DNA of 64,000 nt from Eledone cirrhosa (Eukaryota): contig OZ024746.1 of assembly GCA_964016885.1 (NCBI GenBank), positions 95,914,001 to 95,978,000 on the forward strand. The letters are read 5' to 3'. Within the stretch, counting starts at the first letter, position 1, and each line of letters begins with the position of its first letter. Below the pieces are notes generated by a model. The model saw only the letters and a list, made by a program, of their open reading frames with translations. It searched no databases and was not told the DNA's origin. The position numbers and the translations under genes were made by a program. Shown in pieces: positions 11,065 through 23,177 of this stretch.

Positions 11065-12914
11065 CAGTGCTCCGGTGCACTACAATGTATGTGTGCAGTG
11101 CTCCGGTGCACTACAATGTATGTGTGCAGTGCTCCGGTGCACTACAATGTATATGTGCAGTGCTCCGGTGCACTACAATGTATGTGTGCAGTGCTCCGGT
11201 GCACTACAATGTATGTGTGCAGTGCTCCGGTGCACTACAATGTATATGTGCAGTGCTCCGGTGCACTACAATGTATATGTGCAGTGCTCCGGTGCACTAC
11301 AATGTATATGTGCAGTGCTCCGGTGCACTACAATGTATGTGTGCAGTGCTCCGGTGCACTACAATGTATGTGTGCAGTGCTCCGGTGCACTACAATGTAT
11401 GTGTGCAGTGCTCCGGTGCACTACAATGTATGTGTGCAGTGCTCCGGTGCACTACAATGTATGTGTGCAGTGCTCCGGTGCACTACAATGTATGTGTGCA
11501 GTGCTCCGGTGCACTACAATGTATGTGTGCAGTACTCCGGTGCACTACAATGTATGTGTGCAGTGCTCCGGTGCACTACAATGTATGTGAACAGTGCTCC
11601 GGTGCACTACAATGTATGTGTGCAGTGCTCCGGTGCACTACAATGTATGTGTGCAGTGCTCCAGTGCACTACAATGTATGTGTGCAGTACTCCGGTGCAC
11701 TACAATGTATATGTGCAGTGCTCCAGTGCACTACAATGTATGTGTGCAGTGCTCCGGTGCACTACAATGTATGTGTGCAGTGCTCCGGTGCACTACAATG
11801 TATGTGTGCAGTGCTCCGGTGCACTACAATGTATGTGTGCAGTGCTCCGGTGCACTACAATGTATGTGTGCAGTGCTCCAGTGCACTACAATGTGTGTGT
11901 GCAGTGCTCCGGTGCACTACAATGTATGTGTGCAGTGCTCCGGTGCACTACAATGTATGTGTGCAGTGCTCCGGTGCACTACAATGTATGTGTGCAGTGC
12001 TCCGGTGCACTACAATGTGTGTGTGCAGTGCTCCGGTGCACTACAATGTATGTGTGCAGTGCTCCGGTGCACTACAATGTATGTGTGCAGTGCTCCGGTG
12101 CACTACAATGTATGTGTGCAGTGCTCCGGTGCACTACAATGTGTGTGTGCAGTGCTCCGGTGCACTACAATGTATGTGTGCAGTGCTCCGGTGCACTACA
12201 ATGTATGTGTGCAGTGCTCCGGTGCACTACAATGTATGTGTGCAGTGCTCCGGTGCACTACAATGTATGTGTGCAGTGCTCCAGTGCACTACAATGTATG
12301 TGTGCAGTGCTCCGGTGCACTACAATGTATGTGTGCAGTGCTCCGGTGCACTACAATGTGTGTGTGCAGTGCTCCGGTGCACTACAATGTATGTGTGCAG
12401 TGCTCCGGTGCACTACAATGTATGTGTGCAGTGCTCCGGTGCACTACAATGTATGTGTGCAGTGCTCCGGTGCACTACAATGTATGTGTGCAGTGCTCCG
12501 GTGCACTACAATGTGTGTGTGCAGTGCTCCGGTGCACTACAATGTATGTGTGCAGTGCTCCGGTGCACTACAATGTATGTGTGCAGTGCTCCGGTGCACT
12601 ACAATGTATGTGTGCAGTGCTCCGGTGCACTACAATGTATGTGTGCAGTGCTCCGGTGCACTACAATGTATATGTGCAGTGCTCCGGTGCACTACAATGT
12701 ATGTGTGCAGTGCTCCGGTGCACTACAATGTATATGTGCAGTGCTCCGGTGCACTACAATGTATGTGTGCAGTGCTCCGGTGCACTACAATGTATGTGTG
12801 CAGTGCTCCGGTGCACTACAATGTATATGTGCAGTGCTTCGGTGCACTACAATGTATATGTGCAGTGCTCCGGTGCACTACAATGTATGTGTGCAGTGCT
12901 CCGGTGCACTACAA
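11065..12914. repeat. 31-bp minisatellite, about 60 copies
   Basis: Unit CAGTGCTCCGGTGCACTACAATGTATGTGTG, near-identical copies, no spacers. Confidence 0.97.
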
Positions 12915-12916
12915 CA

Positions 12917-13675
12917 TACTATTTGCTTCTTCTTCTTTTCTTCGCCCACTTATTCTTGAGAGGGCCGTGGGGGGGGGGAGTCCTCCAGCACCCCCTCCAG
13001 CACCCCCTCCAGCACCCCCTCCAGTACCCCCTCCAGCACCCCCTCCAGCACCCCCTCCAGCAGGTCCTGTCAGAAGCAACCATCTCCAACTGATCTGGCT
13101 GGATCCCCAAGTGAGACCAGCCAAGCTCATGGATGTTATCCAACCACCTTACTCAGGTTCTACTCCTGGGTCTCCTACCTGATGCAGTAATGCACCAGCT
13201 TCAGCAGTCAGAAGAAGGGAGGTAGGTGTAAAAGCCAAACTCGCTGTCTTCTATTCGGTATTTGTGCCAACCTTTACCTATGGTCATGAATCTTGAGTAA
13301 TGACCAAAAGAATGCAATCGCAAACTCAAGCGAACCAGAATGGGATTCCTCCGAAGGGTCTTTGGAGTAATTGTTTCTACTTTTGGCACAAGGCCAGAAA
13401 TTATCCTAGTGAATTACTGGTACTTTATTTTATCTACCCCGTAAGGATGAAAGGCAAAGTTAACCTCGGCAGGATTTGAACTCAGACAATGTTGCTCGAT
13501 AAAGTGCGTAGCTCGGAGAACAGAGAGTCACTCCAGGTAGAGCCACTACTTCTCCAAATTGAGAGACCACAGCTCCGATACTATGGGCATGTGGTTAGAA
13601 TGTCTCAGGAAAGAATCGCTGGACAGATTTTACAGGCGAAACGAACTGGTAGGAGACTCAGGGTACTATTTGCTT
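12917..13675 (-). mobile_element. RTE insertion with internal inversion, 12-bp TSD and nested SINE
   Basis: TACTATTTGCTT at 12917 and 13664. 3' part on minus (12929-13181), upstream part on plus (13181-13663), SINE at about 13371-13486. Confidence 0.75.
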
Positions 13676-14512
13676 TTTTTTTTTATTTTGTTTCTATCAC
13701 TTTTGCACATGTCCCAATAAGTTTTGCTTCTATCAGGACATAGTTATTATCAGATTTAGTTGAAATGTCATTTTAATGTTATTTTCATATTTTAACCCTT
13801 TCCTTATGTCCCTTTAGTTTTGATTTCAAATCCTGCTGAGTTTAGCTTTGTCTTTCATCCTTATGGGGTCAATAAAATAAAGTACCAGCAATGCATTGGG
13901 GACGATTTAATCGATTTTTCCTTCCCCAAAAATTGTTGGCCTTGTGCCTAAATCAAAAATCAATATTATCTTATTTTAACCCTTTCATTATGGCCCTTTG
14001 CATTCTGATTTCAAATCCCGCCGAGGTAAGCTTTGCCTTTCATCTTTACGGAGTTCATAAAATAAAGTACCAGTAATACACCAGGATCGATTTAATTGAC
14101 TTCCCATCCCCAAATTAGTGGCCTTGAGCTTAAATTAGAAACGATTATTATATTTTTAATGAAAAACATTGCCAATGATTTTCAAATATAACTAACTTTT
14201 TAATTATTTATCTGATGTTTGGAACATAACAAAGGTTCTTACATCAAATTATGGTGGAAGATTTTTAGATAAATATAATATATATATAATATTAAACAAT
14301 GAATGAATAAGAAAAACAATCATTTGGAGTTTGGATGAATAATTACTTTATTTAGTGTTCAGTTGGAATGACTGCCCTCCTAGATGGGTTGCCTTGACTA
14401 CAGCTTATGGGGTCCACATCTGCCCCACGCAGTTGTTTTTAATTGGAGTCACTGCTCTCCTAGATGGGTTGCCTCCACAACAACTTGTGGAGTCCATGTT
14501 TGTCCCATGCAG

Positions 14513-14548
<36 letters not shown>

Positions 14549-14889
14549 TCACCAAGGTGAGTTTATAGCGTTATGGGTGAGTGAGAGAAAGACAGAGAAA
14601 GAAAGAGAACAAGTGAGAGAAACAAACAAATTAAGGGAGAGAGAAAGAGAATATATCCCATTAAAAAAAAAATTACATTTTGTTTCTATAACTCCATTAC
14701 ATGTTCCAGCTGGCAGGCTGAGGCCATGCTGGGCCCACAATTGATAATTTAAAAATTAAAAGCCAAACAAATTGAGTCCTTACTCTATATATATATGTGT
14801 ATCTATATATACATATGGGATATCGTCGTGTGTATATATGTGTGTATATATATATGCGAATATGTGGGTATGTATATGTATATAATTAT

Positions 14890-15230
14890 TTAGAGCATTG
14901 GCCTTGCAATTGAAAGGTTGTGAGTTCAATTCTCGGACTGGGTGATGTGTTGTTTCCTTGAGCAAGACACTTTATTTCATATTGCTCCAGTTTACTCAGC
15001 TGTAGAAATGAGATGATAGGGACGCCAGTCCCTATCATCTCATTTCTACACCTCCACGAACACTTTGCATTCCACTGCAAAGTGGAGGTGCTATGGCAAA
15101 AAATCACCCAGCACTCACTATAAATAAGGTTGGTGTTAGGAAGGGCATCCAGCTGTAGAAATCAAGCCAGAATCAGTTCCCGTCCCACCCTTGCAAGCAA
15201 GGAAAAGTGGACGTAAGATGATGATGATAT
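14890..15230 (+). mobile_element. CORE-like SINE with RTE-type tail (copy at 63597-63955)
   Basis: tRNA head gtgagttcaattc, CORE-like ccttgagcaagacacttt, tail ggttggtgttaggaagggcatccagc...ggacgtaagatgatg. Confidence 0.75.
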
Positions 15231-15420
15231 AAGCAAAAATAAATAATGGAGAAGGTAATACATTTAAAAACGAAATTTACTCCTTACAGAGAGTTTCATC
15301 TAAGGCATAACAGCAATATAACAGGTCTATATATGTGTACATGTATATATATAAGTGTTGAAGTTTCCGTGGAAAAAGTAAAAGGAATGAAGAGTGCTCT
15401 ATGTAAGTAACAGAGCTAAT

Positions 15421-15496
15421 ATTGCCTTATCTGACAAACGAATGCGGACGTCTCTTGTGTTCGTCCTGTTCGGGAAACCTCGGGTAATGAGGTAAT
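15421..15496 (+). ncRNA. Type I hammerhead motif with a G8A core substitution
   Basis: ATTGCCTTAT-CTGACAA-long stem II (CGAATG/TGTTCG, GGACG/CGTCC)-GAAAC-CTCGG-GTA-ATGAGGTAAT. Stem I is 10 bp including GU pairs. Confidence 0.7.
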
Positions 15497-15867
15497 TATA
15501 CTGTGTTGTTTATTATACATTAAATATTAACCAAATATACACCCCAATCCACTACCCCTACCCTATCCTGCCACTCCCACCAACAGCACGAGAAAATGAG
15601 ATCGAGATCGTGTAGGTGTCACGAAAAAAAACACACACAGTCCACGCTGTAATGTGGTTATGTAGGTAACACGGTAAAAAGTTCACAGTTCCACACTGTA
15701 AATGTGGTTGGTGTTAGGAAGGGCATCCAGCTGTAGAAAACCTGCCAGATAGTCCTAGATGAGCGAGACGCGGTCACCTGACCAGCCTTGCCTCAAGTGG
15801 GACAACTTCCGTCTAACCCATGCTAGCGTGGAAAATGGACGTTAAACGAAGATGATGATGATGATGA

Positions 15868-15929
<62 letters not shown>

Positions 15930-16107
15930 GTTATTATAAAGATTATGTGCTTTGAATCTTCAGAGAAGAAACCTTAGTCTTTAAAGATGTTGCTGGATGA
16001 TGTCCAATCTATACAACAGCAAAAGTATTTTACTATTACTGGTATAATTATTCCTTCAGATGAATACTTAGAGGCAAGTACATATATATATACATATATA
16101 TATGCAG

Positions 16108-16164
<57 letters not shown>

Positions 16165-17083
16165 AATATATATACACAAATATATATATATATATATATA
16201 TTTATTAAAATAACAGATTAAAGTTGTTTAAGCAAAGAATTGAGCCCTCTTTGGATTTTAGTCTTCAAATTTATTATTATTACTATATATATATATATAT
16301 CATCATCATCATCATCATCAACGTTTAACGTCCGTGTTCCACGCTTGCATGGGTTTGGACGGGGGTATTCCCACTTGATGCAAGAGTGATTGTCTTGCTC
16401 GCATAGGACTGTCTGGCGGGTTTTCTACAGTTGGATGCCCTTCCTAACACCAACCACATTTACAGTGTGGGGCTGGGAGGTTTTTACCGTGTTGCCTACA
16501 CGGCCACATTACAGCGTGGACTGTGTGTTTTTTTGTCGTGACACCTACACGATCTCATTTGTTTCGGCCTGGATGGTGTGGCACTAACATAACTTTACAT
16601 AGGAGGGGGTGGTGTGGATGGGGTGGGGGTGGTGGGACGGGGGTGTATTTTGTTAGAGATGCCTACTGGCTGTAGTAGGTTTTACTATGTATTTAGGTAA
16701 GGCGGGTCTTCTCTATTACTGAGTACCGCCAAAGGTCATATATATATATATATATATATATATACAAATATATATATATATATATATATACAACAAAGAA
16801 AGTGTAGTAAGGAACCAGGTGGATCATAATGCGTAGTTCAGATCTAGCTGTCAAAACGGCCGTCGGGGTCCCGTCTCTTTTCCTATATATATATATATAT
16901 ATATATATTTAAACGGTAACAACAATGAAGATATATATTAGTTTGTATGAAAAGAACGTGTTTCTCTGACCAGTCTAATCTCAGGCTGTGATGACCTATC
17001 CAACCCATGCCAGTATAGAAAAAGAAAGTAAAATGTTGATAATGATGAGTGTACCTTTATTCTCTTTTCTATTTTCATTTCAG

Positions 17084-17413
17084 AACAAATAATTCCAAGA
17101 TTAAGGCAGACACCAAAAGTCCTATCAGTACAAATTCACAGAAATTTAACATTTAAACTTGAGCTTGAAAAGAATATTTCCACACCTGTTTCCTTTCAAG
17201 TAAAAACTAACTGCAAAAATTACCAATTTGATGAAAAGACAGGAATCTTTAACTGGACTCCACTTACAAGTGATCCTTGCAGATTGAAATTCCGTTCTTT
17301 TAGTAACACCCATGTATCACCAGAATATTGGCCATCTATTCATTTCTGTAACTGTGAAAATGGAGGGGAGTGTGATATTCACAGAGAATACCACACACCT
17401 ATTGAAAATGAAG
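17084..17413 (+). CDS. Mucin-like gene exon 7
   Basis: tttcag/gtaact, 330 nt open. ...TGIFNWTP...IHFCNCENGGECD... includes the start of an EGF repeat. Confidence 0.88.
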
Positions 17414-17514
17414 GTAACTTTTTCCTATATTGTTTTCGTTGTATGTTTATCTTTTAGTAATTCAGTGGATGAGCAGAGTTTTCATTCAGAGAGATGAATT
17501 GCAGAGGATGATAG

Positions 17515-17940
17515 GAATAGAGCCTGTGTTGAATGTTGGGAAGAGAGATGGAATGAGATGGCTGTGTCATGTGTTGAAGAAGGATGAAAGCATCTGAGTC
17601 GTGGGAATAGAGGTAGCGTTAAATGGGAAGAGAGATGAAATGAGATGGCTGTGTCATGTGTTGAAGAAGGATGAAAGCGTCTGAGTCATGGGAATAGAGG
17701 TAGCGTTAAATGGGAAGAGAGATGAAATGAGATGGTTGGGTCATGTGTTGAGGAAGGATGAAAGCGTCTGAGTCATGGGAATAGAGGTAGCGTTAAATGG
17801 GAAGAGAGATGAAATGAGATGGTTGGGTCATGTGTTGAGGAAGGATGAAAGTGTCTGAGTCGTGGGAATAGAGGTAGTGTTAAATGGGAAGAGAGATGAA
17901 ATGAGATGGTTGGGTCATGTGTTGAGGAAGGATGAAAACG
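17515..17940. repeat. 87-bp tandem repeat, about 5 copies, RTE-derived
   Basis: Period 87 (17605, 17692, 17779, 17866). Encodes MRWLGHVLRKDE. Confidence 0.9.
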
Positions 17941-18332
17941 ACTGGGTGTGAGAAGTAGTGAAGATGAATGTGGAAGGAAGTCAAGGAAGAGAAAGACCGA
18001 GAAAGGTTTGGCCAGGACCTCCAGGAGAAATTTTTCAAGGCGGTACAAGACCTCTTTGAGGCCCAAAGCAAGTGAATATTTTTCTCAAAATGGATGTTGC
18101 ATGGTTGCTGTGGGGCCTTCTTAGTTCTTGGGCCCCAGAACAATGTACCGACTGGATCCCCACCCCTCTTATAGGCCCTGGGTATGGCTGAAGATGAAAG
18201 AAATAAAGTTAGAGAAGAGAAATACAGATGTTAGGCTTTAGCAGTGAAAATGGCTATAAAATGCTTGCTGTTGTTATATATCTTGTGTGGTGTAAAATAT
18301 AACTAAACCTTTACATACTAACTATGTTACAG

Positions 18333-18509
18333 ATAGATTTTACAAAGTTGCATGTATTTGTCCAAAGAATTTTGGTGGAGATCAATGTGAAGTAAAGCCT
18401 TGCAACTTAAGCCATTGTGATGAGAATGTGAGATGTAAAGAAAAAACTGGTGTCCCTGTGTGTGGCAACTGTCCATATTCCATGGTGGGGACAGGCAAAG
18501 TTTGCTACG
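18333..18509 (+). CDS. Mucin-like gene exon 8 (EGF-like repeats)
   Basis: ttacag/gtaaat. ACICPKNFGGDQCE..C...HC..NVRC...CGNCPYSMVGTGKVCY. Confidence 0.92.
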
Positions 18510-18734
18510 GTAAATATGTATATGTGTATTATATTTATGGAATATATCATATAAATACAGTTTAATTGAAAAAGAAAAAAAAAGAAAATTTAGATTAAGA
18601 AGAATGGAATGTAAAATAGGAAAATATAAAGAGAAAAGTGAAAAAGAAAGAAAAAATGGAAAAGGGAGGGAATGGCAGGGACTCTAGTGTCACAGAAGAA
18701 TTGAGAGGGGGGGGGGTCTGATTGGAGTCTGAGC

Positions 18735-19110
18735 CTAGGGTACAGTGGTAGTGGGGCAGCGCCACGCAGACAAAACTGCAAAAGCATTCCTGCGGACAAT
18801 GGCCAGCAACACCTGCTGCAACAACCACCCCACCTCGCGGGGTTCCTTCCTCAGACGAGCCGCCAACATTCCAATCTTACAGAGGAGCTGAACTGTATGG
18901 GGTCCAAGTACACCTGAGATCTCGACGGTGACTGGTGCGAAGAGGAAGTGGCTAGAGAGTCTCCGGTATTTATTCATTTTCTGTTCCTCTGCAAGGTGGG
19001 CCACGGTACCGGGGTTTGTAGCCAAAGCATCCAAGCTGGAGGTGGAGAATGTGTCATTCCTGATGAGGGATCTCTCTCCTTTGAATGGGAAAAGGGTGAT
19101 TCCATCAGCA
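18735..19110 (-). mobile_element. CRE-clade REL fragment
   Basis: RADGITLFPF...AEEQKMNKY...FAPVTVEISG...LLQQVLLAIVRRNA. Confidence 0.8.
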
Positions 19111-19889
19111 CGATATGTATTTTTCTTAACTCTTAACAACCAGTACCACATGAAATCTCATTAGTAAGACATTCTTAGAAAGTACAAAATACCACAATGA
19201 ATACATCACATTAAAAAATAAAGTATTTACTCTCATACTACAAATTTTCACAATGATCTGTCTATTAGTAAAGATACTATAAATACTTGAATTAACAAAC
19301 CTGTTTTTTTGATATTTTCTGCTAAATTATTACAGGATGTTAAGAGTTAAATGCCCTTAGTATAAACAAGAGTATCCAACTTTCATACATTGCTTTATCA
19401 CAGCCTTTTCTGTTCTTTATCCTGCCAAGGTTAACTTTGCCTTTCATCCATACGGGGTCGATAAATAAAGTACCAGTAATGCACTGGGATGAATTTAATC
19501 GACTTTCTCCTCCCCTTCAAATTGCTGGCCTTGTGCCAAGGGTAGAAACAGTTATTACATATATATAAGGGATTGGCAATATTGGTAGAGTGTCGGACAC
19601 TCTGCTTTGCAGCATAGACTTGCGGCCCTTTACATTCTGCGTTCAAATCCTGCCAAGGTTAGCTTTGCCTTTAATGCTTACGGGGTTAATAAAATAAAGT
19701 ACCAGTCATGCACTGGAGTCGATTTAATTGACTTTCCCCTCCCCAAAATTGCTGGCCTTGTGCCTAAATCAGAAACCATTATTACATATATAATTCCTCA
19801 TTCCAACCCTTTCATCATCATATTTCTAATTCTAATGAAAGACTGCCTATAATTTCCAAATGTAACAATTCTTTACATCTTACATCTAG

Positions 19890-19962
19890 GGTTTTGCTCC
19901 ATTACACCCTGCAAAAATGGGGGATCTTGTGACAAAATGAAGAATGGAACTTATTATTGCAA
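19890..19962 (+). CDS. Mucin-like gene exon 9 (EGF)
   Basis: tctag/gtaaaa. GFCSITPCKNGGSCDKMKNGTYYC. Confidence 0.88.
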
Positions 19963-20027
19963 GTAAAATGAAACTTAATTTTTATTTATTTATTTTTGCA
20001 TAATTGCTTTGATGAAGATATATTTTC

Positions 20028-20256
20028 TTAACCCTTTAGCATTTAAACCAGCTGTATCCAGCCAGAATTCTCTCACCTCTGGCTGTTCAAACCAACCATA
20101 ACTGGCCATTCATACCAATGTTGAGATATTGTTCTCAAAATATATAATATCAAAATCTCATAGATTCGATATTATGCGAGATAATTATGTGAGATAAAGC
20201 CTTTACAACAAAAACACAATAGTAAATATAGAGTAATGTAAATGCTAAAGGGTTAA
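20028..20256 (+). mobile_element. piggyBac-like MITE (exemplar; about 10 copies)
   Basis: TTAA-CCCTTTAGCATTTA...TAAATGCTAAAGGG-TTAA. Copies at about 8314-8537, 24907-25122, 29582-29799, 33020-33229, 45154-45703 (interrupted), 45998-46226, 49651-49914, 60506-60730. Confidence 0.85.
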
Positions 20257-20645
20257 GCTGCTAACTAATTGAACAACATTGTCAGTGGTTTGCCTTACAG
20301 AAGTATCAGGTGATATTCATGTAGGTGTTTAGCTATTCCAGTATCTTAGCCTCTCTATCTTTGGAGAGAAACACCAGCATCTCCTGTTGTGCACATTTCT
20401 AATTTTTTTTTATTCTCTGACAAATTTTTATTGACGATTCTTTTGTAAATCATATTATATAAATTGTGTTGAAAAAAATGATTGACAGATTTGAAGTTTT
20501 AAAAAATCTTTATTGTTAAATTTGATATTAGAAATGTATAATCTTTCTAATCACCACCAAAAAATTTCTATTTTACATTTGTCATATCCATAATTTATTT
20601 CTATTGGTAACTAAAGAAGATATATATTTTTTCTTTGATTCAAAG

Positions 20646-20695
20646 ATGCCGAGAAGGTTTTGTAGGATATTTCTGTGAAGGAAGTGTTGACATCA
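20646..20695 (+). CDS. Mucin-like gene exon 10 (EGF end)
   Basis: caaag/gtaagt. (K)CREGFVGYFCEGSVDI completes the EGF repeat, phases match. Confidence 0.88.
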
Positions 20696-21449
20696 GTAAG
20701 TATTATTTAATTCTTCCAGAAAATTATTCCACTTCTAGATATTTGTTTTGGAAATAAATCTGACTTTGTGTTAAATTAAATTTTATAAATAAGATTTTTT
20801 ATATAAATTTTCGTTTTCAGTCAACAATTTATTTTTCCTAAATAAGCTGAAATTAGAATAGTAACTTTACTATTTATTCAGTTTCTTAAGTGAGAAATTA
20901 AATAAAACATTAACAACAAGTAATGAAAAATATGTGTCATCGAGACTTTGATGGATAATATGGCATGATCTTGAATACAAGTAGCCAGAATGGGATTCCT
21001 CCAAAGGGTCTTTGGAGTAATGTTACTCTATAGAGTGGGTAGAACTGCTACTTCTCCAAATTGAGAGATACTATGAGCATGTGGTTAAATGTCTCGGGAG
21101 ATCAGAGAGTCACTCCAGATAGAGTCACTACTTCTCCAAATTGAAAAATTACAGCTCCAATACTATGGCCATGTGGTTAGAATGCTTCAGGAAAGGATCG
21201 CTGGACAGATTTTATGGGCAAAACCAACCGGCAGGAGACCCAGGGGTAGACACCGAGCAAGATGGTTGGATAACATCCCTGAGCTTGGCTGGTCTTGCTT
21301 GAGGATCCAGTCGGATCAGTTGGAGACAGTTGCTTCAGACAGGACCAGCTGGAAAGAGTATTTGGGGACTCTGCTCCTGTGACCCTCTCAGAAATAAATG
21401 GGTGAAGAAGAAAACATGGTACAAGTTTACAAAAATATTTACATAGATA

Positions 21450-21800
21450 TCTTCTTCTTCTTCTTGCTTGACGAGGTCAGGGTCATCCTAAACCAGTGAT
21501 CCCAAAGCATCATCATGCATAGAGCCAACCAAGTTCACCTGCACCCTCCATCACTGGCAGCCCTGTGCCAACTCCTCTGTATCTTCCAAGGTGATGTTGA
21601 GCCTCTGGAGATCTTCCATGATGACATTCAGCCATCTGGTGTGGGGCCTGCCATGGGGCCTCTTCCAGCCTGCAAAGGCTGTGTCAAATGAGAGTAAGGC
21701 CCTGGTAGGATGATCTGGTGGAAAATGGAGGACATGTCCATACCAGCGCATGCAGCAGATTGCTATGAGGCAAGAAACTGTGGGCTGACGCACGTGCACA
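21450..21800 (-). mobile_element. RTE LINE 3' fragment
   Basis: MRWYGHVL...GWKRPHGRPHTRW, with a (GAA)n tail. Confidence 0.8.
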
Positions 21801-21870
21801 CATGCAATAATTTGTTGGAAACATGGTGGTCCCATCTGATGACAGCAATTATTAAATGAATATTGTATGT

Positions 21871-22030
21871 ATGGACCTATAGTTCCTGGTGGAGTGATAG
21901 GGACCCCACAGTGATTTAACTCTGGTGGAGCCCATGTCTCTCCAGGTCTGATGGACCTATAGTTCCTGGTGGAGTGATAGGGACCCCACAGTGATTTAAC
22001 TCTGGTGGAGCCCATGTCTCTCCAGGTCTG
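21871..22030. repeat. Exact 80-bp tandem duplication
   Basis: atggacctatag...ccaggtctg at 21871 and 21951. Confidence 0.9.
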
Positions 22031-22729
22031 AACATAGCCGAGTTCTTCTAGATTAGGAGAGAAGAAAGAGTGATAGAAAGGAAGTTAGAAAGAGATATAG
22101 ATGAATAACTGACCCCAGTACTGGACTGGTACTTTTTTATCAACATCAAAATGATGAAAGGCAAAATTGACCTTGGTGGGATTTGAACTCAGAGCACAGA
22201 GACCCAGATTGATTGTTGCAAAGCAGGAGAGATGGAGGCAAGGACAGTGGGAGTTCCATTCCAATATGTTCGGATCTGGTGTATATGTATATATTTATTT
22301 ACCACACCACATATACATACATATATATACATAATATCCATAATTTTGGTGAGTTATAAAACGTCATATGTGTATACATGTATTCAGTTTGGCTGAAATT
22401 TATAACTCATACTTATATAGGTTTAGCTGGCCTCCTATGAGTTTACATCTTCAGTGTTTTAGGTATAAGGAGCCCAGTCCTATCAAGAAAAGCAACATGA
22501 AATCAAGCATATAGCTCAAGAACACAACATGCTACTCAATCCAGGAATCAAACCTATAACTTTATGAATGCCCAAACCTCTTGGCTATGTACCAACACAG
22601 TTCATTTCCCTTCACTTTTCCCTTCACCTGCCAGGGTCGTCAGGGTGCTCTTTATGGAGTGTATCTTGAGCAAATACAGCCTGCTAGGAGGACCTAAGAG
22701 TCTAAAGTCTGTCTTAAGCCAGAAGGCTG

Positions 22730-22990
22730 ATTTGGCTGGTTTTTATCTCGGTTTCATGGCAGAAAGCAACTGAGAGTACAAGACCCCCCCCCCCCCCCCC
22801 CTGGACAGGATGCCAGTCCATCGCAGGGTTAAACCCTTAGCTATTGCTGGTACTCATTTTCAGCTGAGTATACTGGAGCAACGTGAAATGAAGTGTTTTG
22901 CTCAAGAACACAACATGCAACTCAGGTATCAAACCCACAACATTATGATCGTCAGTCGATCACCCTTACCACTAGGCCACATGCCTCCAT
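22730..22990 (-). mobile_element. CORE-like SINE with a different tail
   Basis: tRNA head, cttgagcaaaacacttc core, ctgcgatggactggcatcc segment. Confidence 0.65.
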
Positions 22991-23089
22991 GCTAGGAGGA
23001 ACACATAATATATAATCATTATATATTAGATTTGAGATGGACTCTTCCATATCACCTGAATTTAAATCTGTTTTTATCTTCTATTACAG

Positions 23090-23177
23090 AAATCCGAGAA
23101 TCAGCATTATGTCTGGGTGTTGGTCTCAGTCTATTACTCATCTTGCTGCTTTTATGTCTTCTCATCTGTTGCGTCAG
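23090..23177 (+). CDS. Mucin-like gene exon 11 (transmembrane helix)
   Basis: ttacag/gtttgt. KIRESALCLGVGLSLLLILLLLCLLICCV. Confidence 0.9.

Noticed and set aside
11065-12914. CRISPR-like array of 31-bp palindromic repeats
   Set aside because: Units are head-to-tail with no unique spacers, there are no cas genes, and the context is a eukaryotic intron.
10951-13182. 743/630/499-aa Cys-rich ORFs as genes
   Set aside because: All frames give the same periodic peptide, a by-product of a stop-free 31-bp unit.
15987-16073. Possible extra exon (MLLDDVQS...EYLE, GC donor)
   Set aside because: It is phase 0-0 in a phase-1 intron, the compatible frame has a stop, and no recognisable motif is present.
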